Virus record (IMG/VR): IMGVR_UViG_3300020045_017904
Location: 29,657 to 93,656 of that record
Strand: one strand, 5' to 3'
Source of the DNA: a virus
DNA: 64,000 nucleotides
Position numbers and translations under genes: made by a program. How positions within the stretch are numbered: position 1 is the stretch's first letter; every line of letters starts with the position of its first letter. This document shows positions 8,956 to 19,206 of the stretch, piece by piece. A model generated the notes under the pieces. That model worked only from the letters and a program-made list of their open reading frames with translations. It ran no database searches and had not been told where the DNA came from.

Positions 8956-11751
8956 TTATTTCACGTTTATTTTTTTATATTCTAATTGATTCCAAGTTGA
9001 TTCATTAGTAATATCAAAACTAGGATATTGAGCTTTAATACTTGCTAAAGTAGAATTTATATCTAAATCAACACTAAAATGAACAGGATCATATTTTGAA
9101 AATTCACCCCCCCATTTCAATGGATATTGTTGTGCAATATCTATAAACCCAGTGGATATCCAGTCTGATTTTGAACTATTTAATACATAACTAATACCTG
9201 TTTGTCTGTTTTTTAAATTTAAATCAACAGCATATCCATAATTATGTGCAGAATGGCCTGGTTTAACTGGAGGGTATTGGGATTGGTTTTTAAAACTTCT
9301 ATAAACACTTGTAATTATTATATCATATCCTTTAAAATTAGCTAAAACATAATTAAAAAAACTAGTAAATATTGGTATAACATTAGGATGTAATTGGTTT
9401 GTTAATTGTTGAAGAGTAATCTTTTGAGAAGTTTTATTATCAATTAAAATACTTGGTTTATTATCTGTTTTTGGGTTGGCAAGTGTTGGAGATGGGTTTG
9501 GTTTTATTTTTTTATTTTTAACCTTATCTCCATCTGTTATTTTTGGGGTTGAAAATGATTCTAAAACTGTAACCCATTCATTATTTTGAATATTATTTGT
9601 AATTGATTTTATATAAAATTCTAATGAATCACTATAATTAGAAGGTAAAAATCTAGAATCTATATTAAATTTATGATATACTTTCATTCCTGATAATCCA
9701 TCCATTGTTAATGAAAGATTAAATGGAATAAAACCTGTTGTAGCTGATACTAAAGAATCTTGTGGAGTTGGTGGATTATTATTTAAATTTTGGTTTCTTG
9801 ATTCTTCTGATCTTAAGGATTGTTGATATTCCATCATACTTGATAATATTTCTGGAAATTTTTCATATTTGTCTTCATCCCAAATAGGAGATTGGGAATT
9901 ATTTATAGATCCTATGTTTTCTAAAAACTCAGTATATTTTTTATTTATATTTGGGTATTTATCTTCTAATGATTGAGATGTATTTGATTGAATAGGATTA
10001 ATAATTGTGGGTTTTGTTCTATCAACTAATCCTCTATTTAATTTTGATAAAGCTGAAGAATCTTCCCCTATTATATTTCCTGTTGCAGCTGCTGAGTATG
10101 CAATTAAGGTTGAAAATTGGGGAGATAATTCTGTTTTTATTGAAAATTTTCTTACAAAAGTAGATTTTACTTGCCCTTTATTAAAACCATAAACTTCAAA
10201 TTCTGCTGTTTTTTGTTGTGAATTTGGTTTTATTTGTTTTAAAACCCAATCTTTATCTGGTATTAAAGTTTCATCTCTAATAATAGCTGTATTTGTTGTT
10301 TCATCCATTATTATATGTAATGAATTTGATCCTCCTGTAGCTTTACAAATTGCCCCTAATAAATTTTCAAAAAATTGTATTATAGTAGTTTTATTTGATT
10401 CAATATTAATATTATTTATTAACTCAATAATATAATCTGTATTAATATAGAAATTCATTAACTTAGCATAAGTATTATTATTATGTTCTACCCAAATAAA
10501 ATCTTCACATGCGTCTGCTAAATAATTAACAACTCTTGGAGTTCCTGAGGCTATTTGTTTTTTAAAAATACAAATATTAGGATTTGAACTTATAAAAAGA
10601 TGTGGAATAAAAATTATATTAGTATCAGTATTATAATCAAAATTTATTATTGGGGTTAAACTTGATCCATTCTTTACTATATTTATTTGATTTTTTGAAA
10701 CCCATTCAATAAAAGATCCTAATCTTACATAATAAGTAGGAGCATGACCTTGCCATTGTTGATTTACAAAATCTATTTTATTATCAGAAATAATATTTCT
10801 TAAGGAACTCATCCTATTCCCTGTATTATTATGTATTATTGTTTTTTTAACTGAGTTGAATAAGTTTTCTATATCATTTCTTGATATAAGGGGGGAAGGG
10901 TTTAAAGCTGTTGATAAACTTGGGGTAAGGTTAAATGGTTTTCTTAAAACCCCAGAACCAACAGGAGGGATTTCATTTGTATCCATTAATAATTTATTCA
11001 TTTTTAGAGATTCAATTACATCCCCGAGACTTATTATGGATATTATTATATTATATGTTCCATCTTCTTCAAAGCTCCAATCAAAATTTTTAACTGTTCC
11101 ATATAATGCATCATAATTCCCTTCAGAAGATAATCGTTTATTTTGAATTTTTTCTAAAATATTTTCATAACTTAATATGTTGTCTAAAAATTCAGTTTCT
11201 AAACTGGAGTTGTTTTCTTTTAAATCTTCATTTTTATTAAAATAAAAAGAATGACCCCATTCTAATAACACACTAAATCCTAATCTTAAATATAATAAAT
11301 CAATAATTTCAAATTGAGTTCTATTATAAGCCCTTATATTTACTGTTGCTGATTTTATGCTTCCTCTTGTAAGAGTTTTTATCTCAGCTGATATTATACC
11401 TGGCATTGGTCTTAAACCAAACTCTAATCCACCCACTCCATAAACATTATTATTATCTTGACTTTCTGCTACACCTGATCTTTGGCTTCCTTTATTTGGT
11501 CTTGTTCCATTAAACAAAACATATTGTTTTGCTAATTGGTTTCCCATATTATTTGGGATTGTTTTTAATGTAGGGCTATTAATAATATCTCTATTACTAA
11601 TATCTACTGATGAAACCAATTTTACCCAAGAACTATTCCCATGTAAGTATTTATTTATATCATCATTCTTAATTTGAGAACCATGTTTTTTTTGTCTTAC
11701 ATCTATTTGTTCAATTATTTCATTTGGAAAACTTTCTCCAAGTACATTCAT
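8956..11751 (-). CDS. Baseplate hub-like protein with C-terminal M15 (D-Ala-D-Ala/L-Ala-D-Glu type) peptidase
   Basis: Position after the LysM/tube-initiator genes; C-terminal TSVYRS...SAHNYGYAVD...WGGEF..DPVHF is the M15 zinc-peptidase signature. Confidence 0.7.
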   Translation of the reverse strand: MNVLGESFPNEIIEQIDVRQKKHGSQIKNDDINKYLHGNSSWVKLVSSVDISNRDIINSPTLKTIPNNMGNQLAKQYVLFNGTRPNKGSQRSGVAESQDNNNVYGVGGLEFGLRPMPGIISAEIKTLTRGSIKSATVNIRAYNRTQFEIIDLLYLRLGFSVLLEWGHSFYFNKNEDLKENNSSLETEFLDNILSYENILEKIQNKRLSSEGNYDALYGTVKNFDWSFEEDGTYNIIISIISLGDVIESLKMNKLLMDTNEIPPVGSGVLRKPFNLTPSLSTALNPSPLISRNDIENLFNSVKKTIIHNNTGNRMSSLRNIISDNKIDFVNQQWQGHAPTYYVRLGSFIEWVSKNQINIVKNGSSLTPIINFDYNTDTNIIFIPHLFISSNPNICIFKKQIASGTPRVVNYLADACEDFIWVEHNNNTYAKLMNFYINTDYIIELINNINIESNKTTIIQFFENLLGAICKATGGSNSLHIIMDETTNTAIIRDETLIPDKDWVLKQIKPNSQQKTAEFEVYGFNKGQVKSTFVRKFSIKTELSPQFSTLIAYSAAATGNIIGEDSSALSKLNRGLVDRTKPTIINPIQSNTSQSLEDKYPNINKKYTEFLENIGSINNSQSPIWDEDKYEKFPEILSSMMEYQQSLRSEESRNQNLNNNPPTPQDSLVSATTGFIPFNLSLTMDGLSGMKVYHKFNIDSRFLPSNYSDSLEFYIKSITNNIQNNEWVTVLESFSTPKITDGDKVKNKKIKPNPSPTLANPKTDNKPSILIDNKTSQKITLQQLTNQLHPNVIPIFTSFFNYVLANFKGYDIIITSVYRSFKNQSQYPPVKPGHSAHNYGYAVDLNLKNRQTGISYVLNSSKSDWISTGFIDIAQQYPLKWGGEFSKYDPVHFSVDLDINSTLASIKAQYPSFDITNESTWNQLEYKKINVK

Positions 11752-12047
11752 GAATTTATTAGTCTAAACTGTTGAAGAATTTTTGTAGGGTTAGTAGGAA
11801 TTCTTATCTGAACTCCTTCAGGAACCATTAATGTTCCTTGTTCATATTTTGGATTAGCCATTGATATAATTTTCCACAAAGAAGAATCATTATAATAATC
11901 ATCAGCTAAAGTATCATATCTATCACCTATTGTTGTATAAACATATATATCATCTTCAGATAATGGAATTTCAGGATATCTCACTGTTTGGTAAGTAGGA
12001 ACACCATTAATTTTAATTTTATTTATATCTTGATATATATTCATCAC
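11748..12047 (-). CDS. LysM-like baseplate protein (P2 gpX / T4 gp53-like)
   Basis: GDRYDTLADDYYNDSSLWKIISMAN...GVQIRIP. Confidence 0.8.
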   Translation of the reverse strand: MMNIYQDINKIKINGVPTYQTVRYPEIPLSEDDIYVYTTIGDRYDTLADDYYNDSSLWKIISMANPKYEQGTLMVPEGVQIRIPTNPTKILQQFRLINS

Positions 12048-13753
12048 TCATCATTCATTATAAATTTTTCTCTTTTATATTCATTTACAAACCCATCTTT
12101 ATCAACAGTAATATTTTGTTTTGAAGGGATAAAATTATGAATAGGAGTAAAATTAAAATTATTAACTCTAATAATATGTGGTAATTCACGAATAGTAGGA
12201 TCTTTATCTCCATTATCATCTATTGCTATTTCCCAAGTAGCATCATCTTGTATATCAACCGTCATACTATTAATAAAACCAGGAACTGCAGATATATAAT
12301 CCCCTACAGTTAATTTAATTAATGGTCCTCTCATATACCCCTGTTCACTGTAATCTGGAGCTAAATTTGAGACCAAATAATTAAGTTTTCTATATAAAGG
12401 TAATAATTCTTCTCTTGATTGTGCTGCTATCACCCAAGATAATGAAATAGATCTATTAAACCCGTTATAGTTATACATGTTTTCACCTCTTCCAATATAT
12501 TTTCTATTTGCCCAATCTGCATTGTATGAATCAGATATTGGATTTAAAAATGCTCTAAAATGTATAAATGTAGGGTTTTGACCATCATAATTTATTGTTT
12601 GAATTCTAAATTTAATAGCATCACTAGTATCTTTCTCTTTTACTTGACTTGATTGATATAAAGATAAAGCATTAATTAAATCAACAGGGCCATCCCCTGT
12701 TCCTGCAGTATAAGATTTTAGATTTTTTAATTTTTTTCTTCCAAATTTAATTCCAGGGTTTCCTAAACCTAATCTATTTTCAATATTTTGTGATCTATAA
12801 TCAGGATTTATAGTTGTTTTAATTCTTAATTTAGTTCTAAAATCTTGAATTTTTGGACTGAAAGATTTAGTGTTTCTTCCAATATTTAATTCAGCTGAAT
12901 TATTTATTTCTTCTTGAGTTAAAACATTTGTGTTATTTTGTTCAGTTTTTATTATGTTTGTTTTTCCTATTTTTTGCATAGGATCATAAACACTAATATT
13001 CCAACTCTTCCCTCCTTCTTGATTATATTTTTGGTTTATTTGAAATAAATCTGAACCTTTAATTTGATTTTGATAAGTAAAACTTGCACCTTTTACATTT
13101 AGTATATTAAAATCAATAATATTGGATTTATCTGTACTTGAATTTTTAATTCCAGATTGATAAGTACCATCAATTATTTTTTTACCAAATTTATTATTTT
13201 TACCTGTTCTTTGTGAAGAAAATTTTATGTTTGTTTTTCCTAGACCTAACACAGATCCAGGCCCACCACTATATGACAATATATTAACTTCATTTCCTAA
13301 TTTACCTTCTGATAATTGAACTAATCTGTTATCTTTAGTAGTTTGATCTTGTTTAACAACATCAATATAAGTACTTTGTCTTGTTTGTTTATTAAAATGA
13401 AGACCTAACCCAACCCCACCAACTTGAACTAATGTTGATAAAGGATTATATAAACCATCATTAAATATTTTACCGCTTGCTTGAGTTTTTGGGGCAATAC
13501 GAGATAATAATTCTTGTTTAGCAACAAATAAAAAACCATTTGGGGATTTTGTATCTATAAAGAATTTAGTCATTCTTTCAAAATCTTCTTTAGATCTTTT
13601 TAAAGATCCTCCCCTTAAAATAAAGTCTGGGTTTGAATTTATTATTCCTGTTGGGATTTCAGTTTGGATGTATGGTTGATTAGAATTTCCCCCTCCGTGT
13701 CTGTCTTTCCCAAACTTAATAGATTTTAAATTTGTAACTAAATTTATTAGCAT
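12044..13753 (-). CDS. Tail tube initiator / baseplate protein (gp48/gp54-like C-terminal domain)
   Basis: C-terminal FRAFL..ISDSYNADW...YIGRGE...Y.GFNRSISL...GPLIKLTVGD...GFI is typical of tube-fold initiator proteins; also synteny. Confidence 0.6.
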   Translation of the reverse strand: MLINLVTNLKSIKFGKDRHGGGNSNQPYIQTEIPTGIINSNPDFILRGGSLKRSKEDFERMTKFFIDTKSPNGFLFVAKQELLSRIAPKTQASGKIFNDGLYNPLSTLVQVGGVGLGLHFNKQTRQSTYIDVVKQDQTTKDNRLVQLSEGKLGNEVNILSYSGGPGSVLGLGKTNIKFSSQRTGKNNKFGKKIIDGTYQSGIKNSSTDKSNIIDFNILNVKGASFTYQNQIKGSDLFQINQKYNQEGGKSWNISVYDPMQKIGKTNIIKTEQNNTNVLTQEEINNSAELNIGRNTKSFSPKIQDFRTKLRIKTTINPDYRSQNIENRLGLGNPGIKFGRKKLKNLKSYTAGTGDGPVDLINALSLYQSSQVKEKDTSDAIKFRIQTINYDGQNPTFIHFRAFLNPISDSYNADWANRKYIGRGENMYNYNGFNRSISLSWVIAAQSREELLPLYRKLNYLVSNLAPDYSEQGYMRGPLIKLTVGDYISAVPGFINSMTVDIQDDATWEIAIDDNGDKDPTIRELPHIIRVNNFNFTPIHNFIPSKQNITVDKDGFVNEYKREKFIMNDE

Positions 13754-13768
13754 TATATATTTATAAGC

Positions 13769-14011
13769 TTATCGAGGTTTATTATCCAAATATTTTTTAG
13801 GTGTTTTACCATCCAAATCAAATTTAGAATATAATAATGAATTTGGGTTTAATTTGGTAATACCATTATATTTAGAAGGAGTTATACCATCTAGATCTAA
13901 TCCTGAAAATATGAAGGATTTTGGATTTAGTTTTGTTTTTTTATCATATTTAACAATACTATCATTGTCTAATATAGTTCCACTTTTTGTAAATTTTTCT
14001 AATAGTCCCAT
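13769..14011 (-). CDS. Small hypothetical protein with an internal repeat
   Basis: Two copies of TKLNP.S...S..DLDG.TP.KY. Confidence 0.55.
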   Translation of the reverse strand: MGLLEKFTKSGTILDNDSIVKYDKKTKLNPKSFIFSGLDLDGITPSKYNGITKLNPNSLLYSKFDLDGKTPKKYLDNKPR

Positions 14012-14032
14012 AATTTTTATTATAAATATGAA

Positions 14033-16837
14033 TTAGGTAGTAATTTTATATGTACTCATATTAATACCTGTTCCTAATTTTTGTGAATCTAAATATATAT
14101 TTCCTTCTTTATTTAATATTTTTGCTAAAATCATTTTCATGTCTTTAAATTCTTGAATTAATAAAGAATTATCATTTTCAAAAACATTATTTGATGATGA
14201 AAATAATTTAGAATTAGTATTGTTTTTAATATTATTTTGGTTGTGGGTTTGGATAAATTTATTATTATTTTGAACAATTTTTTCTATAGATTTATAATCT
14301 TGATTATTAATGTCTTGATTATGGATTTGGTTATTAACCTGATTATTGTTATTAGTATCTTGGTTTTTAAATATGGGGTGATTTTGGATTGATTTTTCTA
14401 TAGATTTATAATTATTTGAAGTTTCTAAATTATTTATTTTGTTTTCATCATTATCTAATTTAGTTCCTCCTAATATTATATCATCTTTTCTAAATTTTTG
14501 GATTGGTTGGCCTGGTCTTGAAATGAAATCTTGTGCTGTATTAGTACTATTATGAATATTTTCAAGTTTTTGTTCATTTACTTTTCTAATAGCTTCACTT
14601 AGGGTTTCTTCTAAACCAGTTGCACTTAAATTATATAATGTTTTTGAAAAAAATCCTAATGGTTTGGATTTTTCTACAGTTCTTTCATAATCATCTTTTT
14701 GTTCTTGAGATAAATTTTCGTATTTTTCAGATTTTTTAAAATCTTGTGATTGATTTTCAATTTGTTGAGATTTTGCACCACCAAACAAAGAACTATTAGT
14801 TATATCTGTTAACCAAATAGCAAATCTTTCTAATGTCCCCCCATCAACAAAATTTGAAAATATTTGTTTTGCTGCATCTAATGACTCATTAAATTTTTGT
14901 TGAGCATCAGTTGATCTTAAACTTTCTAAAGCTTGTTTACTAAATAATTCCGTTAATTCTGTGTTTTGAGTTTTGGCAATTTTATAATAATCTTCAATAT
15001 TTGCTGTTCCTGATTTGAATCTGATGAATTCTTTTTCGTTTATTTTACCATTTTCTTTTAATTGGTTCAATAAAATATCATTAATAAATGTTGCTTTTCC
15101 TTTAGCAATATTTAATTCTTTTTGTTTCATAACCATTTCTGCCATTTCTTCTCTTGACATACCCAATGTACTTGCAATAGCTGCTTGAGTAATTCTATTA
15201 GAGTTTGAAAAAGAATTTATTAATTCTTGGTTATTTCCAATTTCCCTTGTTAATCCTTCAATGTCATTTGTTAAAGCAAAAAATCTTTCTTGTTCAAAAT
15301 TTAAATCTCTATTAGTTAATAATTCAGCTTCTAATTCTGATGAAATTGAGGATTCAAAATTTAAAAAGGAATCCGCTATTTTGTCTATTTGGTTTAAAGT
15401 TAAACCAAGTTCTTTGGCTTGAGAAGTAGCTAATGTTAATTCTTTAATACCTCCTTTTATTGATAAAGCTATGGAGCTATGTGTTTCTAAAACATCTTGT
15501 AGATTTTTTCTTTCATCTAATATTATACCAGATTCTAATTTTCTTAATCTTGTAGTTCCTAAAATGACTTTTTGGGTTCCTTCAATTGATTTATTAAATA
15601 AATTACTTAATCTTAATAATCCATGTTGTTCTTCTTTAGATAATTTTAAATATTTTAAAGCATAAGCAAATTGAGCAACAATCTCAGCTCCTCCTTCAGA
15701 TATATTTTTTGTTAAATCAATAGATGTACCTAATAAATCATTAATTTGAATACTAGATTCTATTAAATCATTTCTTGTTAATAAATTTCCTTTCTCTATA
15801 TTTTGATAAAGACTAATGGACTTTATTATTTTATTCCATGATTTTTGGGTTTCTTGAGATGATTCTTTTGATATATTTAAATTTTTAGCTAGATTTGTAG
15901 TTCTTTTATCTGCTTCAAACATCAAACCTACCAAAGATTGAAAGGCTTTTACAGCAACTGTTATAGCTAATAAAGGACCCATTGCTGCTGCTATTGAAGG
16001 ACCTAAAGCTTTTGCACCTGCAGACATTGTTTCAAATATACTAGCACCATTTTTTGCTACTACCCTCATTGCTTGATCTGCATCTTCGATATCTAAAATA
16101 TCTCCTAATACAGGTATTTTTTTAAATCCTTCTAATATTTTTCCACCAATTCCTATTTTTTTTTCTATTTCTTTTGTGGATTTTAATTGAGATTCTAATT
16201 CATCAGATATTGATTTTTGGCTTAATTTTTGTAATGATAATTCTTTTTCAATTTCTCTTAAAATTAATTGCCTCTCAGTTAATTGATCTTGTTGTTCCCA
16301 CCCTAATCCCTCTTTTTCAGATTCAAGTACTTGAATAGATTCATTAACATCTTTAATTCTCAAATCAAGTGCTAATTCATTAGCTTTTAATTTATTTAAA
16401 TCCTTAGCAATATCTCTTGAACTAATATTTCCTGTTAATAATTGTTGTTGGTTTTCAACAAGTTTTTCATTAAGCTTATTAAGGGTTCTATAAATAGATG
16501 GTAATTGTAATTGTAGATCTTTGGTTTGTTTTACTAAATCTCTATTTTTATTAATTACATTGTTTTGTTCTATAAAAATACTATTTGATTCTTTTAATTT
16601 TGAAATGGTACTAACTATTGCTGCCCCAAAAGTATCAATTTTACTTTTTATAGTACTATATAAATCAGATTGTATTTCAAGAGAAAGTTCAATATCAGCT
16701 AATCTATTAATATATTCTCTTGTAGATTCAATTAATTCTCTAAAAGAAATATTACTAATATCATTTTTGATTTTTCCAGTTTGGACTAAAACTTTTTTTA
16801 AAAGCTCTTCTGATTGGGTTAATTCGATATTATCCAT
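14033..16837 (-). CDS. Tape measure protein
   Basis: 934 aa, helical, with a hydrophobic segment and ESSISSELEAELL; lies directly downstream of the chaperone pair and upstream of the baseplate genes. Confidence 0.75.
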   Translation of the reverse strand: MDNIELTQSEELLKKVLVQTGKIKNDISNISFRELIESTREYINRLADIELSLEIQSDLYSTIKSKIDTFGAAIVSTISKLKESNSIFIEQNNVINKNRDLVKQTKDLQLQLPSIYRTLNKLNEKLVENQQQLLTGNISSRDIAKDLNKLKANELALDLRIKDVNESIQVLESEKEGLGWEQQDQLTERQLILREIEKELSLQKLSQKSISDELESQLKSTKEIEKKIGIGGKILEGFKKIPVLGDILDIEDADQAMRVVAKNGASIFETMSAGAKALGPSIAAAMGPLLAITVAVKAFQSLVGLMFEADKRTTNLAKNLNISKESSQETQKSWNKIIKSISLYQNIEKGNLLTRNDLIESSIQINDLLGTSIDLTKNISEGGAEIVAQFAYALKYLKLSKEEQHGLLRLSNLFNKSIEGTQKVILGTTRLRKLESGIILDERKNLQDVLETHSSIALSIKGGIKELTLATSQAKELGLTLNQIDKIADSFLNFESSISSELEAELLTNRDLNFEQERFFALTNDIEGLTREIGNNQELINSFSNSNRITQAAIASTLGMSREEMAEMVMKQKELNIAKGKATFINDILLNQLKENGKINEKEFIRFKSGTANIEDYYKIAKTQNTELTELFSKQALESLRSTDAQQKFNESLDAAKQIFSNFVDGGTLERFAIWLTDITNSSLFGGAKSQQIENQSQDFKKSEKYENLSQEQKDDYERTVEKSKPLGFFSKTLYNLSATGLEETLSEAIRKVNEQKLENIHNSTNTAQDFISRPGQPIQKFRKDDIILGGTKLDNDENKINNLETSNNYKSIEKSIQNHPIFKNQDTNNNNQVNNQIHNQDINNQDYKSIEKIVQNNNKFIQTHNQNNIKNNTNSKLFSSSNNVFENDNSLLIQEFKDMKMILAKILNKEGNIYLDSQKLGTGINMSTYKITT

Positions 16838-16856
16838 TTATAATGATAAATATGAA

Positions 16857-17123
16857 TTATTTAGATTTTTTTCTAATTGTAGTTTTATAATCTGCATTAA
16901 TAGATCCTGCTTCTTTCATATTCTTAATAGAAGAAGCAACAACATCATCCATATTTGTGGAATTTTTTGCTTGGATATGTTTTAATATTTTATCATGAGT
17001 GAATTTTCTTAACCATTTAGGCATTTTATAGACTTCTTCCCAACTATATCCTCCATTCCCATAAAAAACTATTTCGTGAATTTCAGTAAAAAGACTGTTT
17101 CTAAAATATTGTATTGTCTCCAA
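16857..17123 (-). CDS. Tail assembly chaperone, downstream ('T'-like) frame, probably reached by frameshift
   Basis: Overlaps the upstream ORF and has only a TTG start; GYSWEEVYKMPKWLR; sits before the tape measure gene. Confidence 0.65.
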   Translation of the reverse strand: METIQYFRNSLFTEIHEIVFYGNGGYSWEEVYKMPKWLRKFTHDKILKHIQAKNSTNMDDVVASSIKNMKEAGSINADYKTTIRKKSK

Positions 17124-17853
17124 GGTCAGGCCAAAAAAAGGTAAGATTTATTGGTATCTTGACTTCCTCCTCATCGCCATTATCAAGTTTAAGTTTATAA
17201 ACTAAATCAATATCTGGGGTAATTTCTTTTATGTAATTTCTTAATGCTCTTGAATCTTGGGCTAGAATTTGATTATCAACAAAATTTTTAATTATGTTTT
17301 TATCTGTTTCTCCTCCTACTTTAACTAAGGTATGTTTTAATCTTGTAGTAACATTAGTAGAAGCTTCTGGATTTAATTTTTTAAAACCTTTAATTTCTTC
17401 CTGGATTTTATCTTCGTCTATTTCATTTAAAAATTTAAATTCAACTTCTGTTGAAGATTGAGGTAAAACAAATTTAACTGTTCTATCTTTTGTTATTAAT
17501 GAAGTATCAAAAGGTTTTTCATTAATTTGGGTTAAATCAATCTTATAATTTTTTCCCTTATATGGAATTTTATAATCTTTTCCATACCCTAAAATACGAG
17601 CAGCAATTATTATTGCATTTTTATCTCCACTATAAAGTTCTTTTAAATTTATTTTACCAAGAGTTAAGGATTCTAATACTTTATCTAAAACAGTTCCATT
17701 TTGAACATAATTTTCATTTGATAAAATATCTTCTTCTTTTGCCCCCATGTATTTCATTTCAACTTTTCCTGTTGAAAGTGGGGAATCGGGTGAATATAAT
17801 AAACCTTTAGAAGGAAGTTCTACTATTTCAGTAGGCATTATGAATTGTTCCAT
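17101..17853 (-). CDS. Tail/baseplate assembly chaperone (T4 gp26-like, 'G'-like)
   Basis: VELPSKG..Y...VEMKYM.AKEEDIL...L..GD..AI.IAARI.GYG..Y...FFWPD; lies between tube and tape measure. Confidence 0.7.
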   Translation of the reverse strand: MEQFIMPTEIVELPSKGLLYSPDSPLSTGKVEMKYMGAKEEDILSNENYVQNGTVLDKVLESLTLGKINLKELYSGDKNAIIIAARILGYGKDYKIPYKGKNYKIDLTQINEKPFDTSLITKDRTVKFVLPQSSTEVEFKFLNEIDEDKIQEEIKGFKKLNPEASTNVTTRLKHTLVKVGGETDKNIIKNFVDNQILAQDSRALRNYIKEITPDIDLVYKLKLDNGDEEEVKIPINLTFFWPDLGDNTIF

Positions 17854-18069
17854 ATACTTAATTATGATGTGTTATCACAATATAAATATTAGATTTTAAA
17901 ATTCCTAATAAATTTTAGAGTTATTCTCTTACCCCTTTATTTATTCTCCAACCTGCTTATCTTATTATTTAAACTCCTTGAAACCATGTTTAGTGGGAGT
18001 TATTTGATTTTATCCATGGAATAATTAATACGAGTTTTCCAAGGGTACAGGTTTAAAAATTTATTAGTA

Positions 18070-18300
18070 TTATTTTATTACTTTGGATTGTAAATGAATT
18101 TTTTCAGGTTCATTTAAATCAAGAGACATTTCATTAATTAAATAAAATTCTTCAGGTTCAATTCCAAATTTCATACAAAAAACTAAACAAAAATCCAAAT
18201 CCAAACCTGCATATTTTTCATTATAATTTTCAACAAAATCTTTTCTCCAATGTTCAACAATTTTAGATAATACTTTTTCTGCTTCTGTAAATGTTTTCAT
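18070..18300 (-). CDS. Hypothetical protein (early-type island)
   Basis: Tightly packed, co-oriented small ORF. Confidence 0.55.
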   Translation of the reverse strand: MKTFTEAEKVLSKIVEHWRKDFVENYNEKYAGLDLDFCLVFCMKFGIEPEEFYLINEMSLDLNEPEKIHLQSKVIK

Positions 18301-18306
18301 TTTTTT

Positions 18307-18630
18307 TTATTTATTATTTCTTATTAAGAATTCTTTATCTGCTTCAATATGCCAATCTTGAAGAACCTTTTCATTAATCAATTTGATATATTCATTCATT
18401 TTTTCTTCATCTTGTTTTACACCTATATCACAATTATTGTAAGATAAACAATAATGTTCAGATTGATGGTACATTATTGAATTCATCCCTTTTTGAATTT
18501 TATGTTTTGGAATCAAATAAACAGTTCCTTCACCTTCTTCAAAATTTAAATCATATTGTGGAAATTCTTTTTCAACAAATTCATAGAATTTCTTATTAAA
18601 ACGTTTTTTATATTCTGTTTTTGTGAACAT
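18307..18630 (-). CDS. Hypothetical protein (early-type island)
   Basis: Tightly packed, co-oriented small ORF. Confidence 0.6.
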   Translation of the reverse strand: MFTKTEYKKRFNKKFYEFVEKEFPQYDLNFEEGEGTVYLIPKHKIQKGMNSIMYHQSEHYCLSYNNCDIGVKQDEEKMNEYIKLINEKVLQDWHIEADKEFLIRNNK

Positions 18631-18634
18631 GATT

Positions 18635-18829
18635 TTATTTATTAAAATTTAGAATTAATATTTGTAATTTTTGAAGTTGGAAATTTATTTCATTTACTTT
18701 ATCAACCAAATCTTTATATTCCATTTTTACACCTTTTGGGTCTGTTCCAAAATATTCTAATTCGTTTTTTTCAACAGTTAAATTAAAAAATTGATTTAAT
18801 AATTGGTTTCTTGTTATTTTCTTTTCCAT
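18635..18829 (-). CDS. Hypothetical protein (early-type island)
   Basis: Tightly packed, co-oriented small ORF. Confidence 0.55.
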   Translation of the reverse strand: MEKKITRNQLLNQFFNLTVEKNELEYFGTDPKGVKMEYKDLVDKVNEINFQLQKLQILILNFNK

Positions 18830-18834
18830 AACTT

Positions 18835-19170
18835 TTATTTTGCTAAAATTAAATTATTAATTTGTTCAACATTTGAAATTTGGTCAATTTGACGACAATA
18901 TTTATGGATTTTTTTAAAAACAATATTCATTTGTTTTGGAGATAAAAATCTTTTTTCCATATAAAATTTGGCTAATTTACTCAAAATAAAAGCATCACAA
19001 GGAGCAAAACCAACACTGTTTAGGTTTGAAGTATTATCTGAATTTTGTTCATCTTTGGTTTGGGCTTCAAAAATTTTAATTAATGCTTTTGTTGCCCAAG
19101 TATCTGATGTTTTTAGTTTTTCACGAATAAATTCTTGTCTTTGTCTTTGTGTAACCTTTATCATCTTCAT
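18835..19170 (-). CDS. Phage hypothetical protein (QT.DEQ...N.VGF...DA..LS...LS.KQ type)
   Basis: Motif pattern resembles a recurrent phage hypothetical family; the ATG lies 4 nt after a promoter -7 box. Confidence 0.65.
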   Translation of the reverse strand: MKMIKVTQRQRQEFIREKLKTSDTWATKALIKIFEAQTKDEQNSDNTSNLNSVGFAPCDAFILSKLAKFYMEKRFLSPKQMNIVFKKIHKYCRQIDQISNVEQINNLILAK

Positions 19171-19174
19171 GGCG

Positions 19175-19206
19175 TAAATATACGACCAGGGATTACAATT
19201 TCCAAA
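19175..19206 (-). promoter_or_regulatory. Bacteroidota-type -33/-7 promoter, probably leaderless
   Basis: Minus strand TTTGG-N19-TATATTTA-CGCC-ATG, versus the host consensus TTTG-N19-21-TAnnTTTG. Confidence 0.7.
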
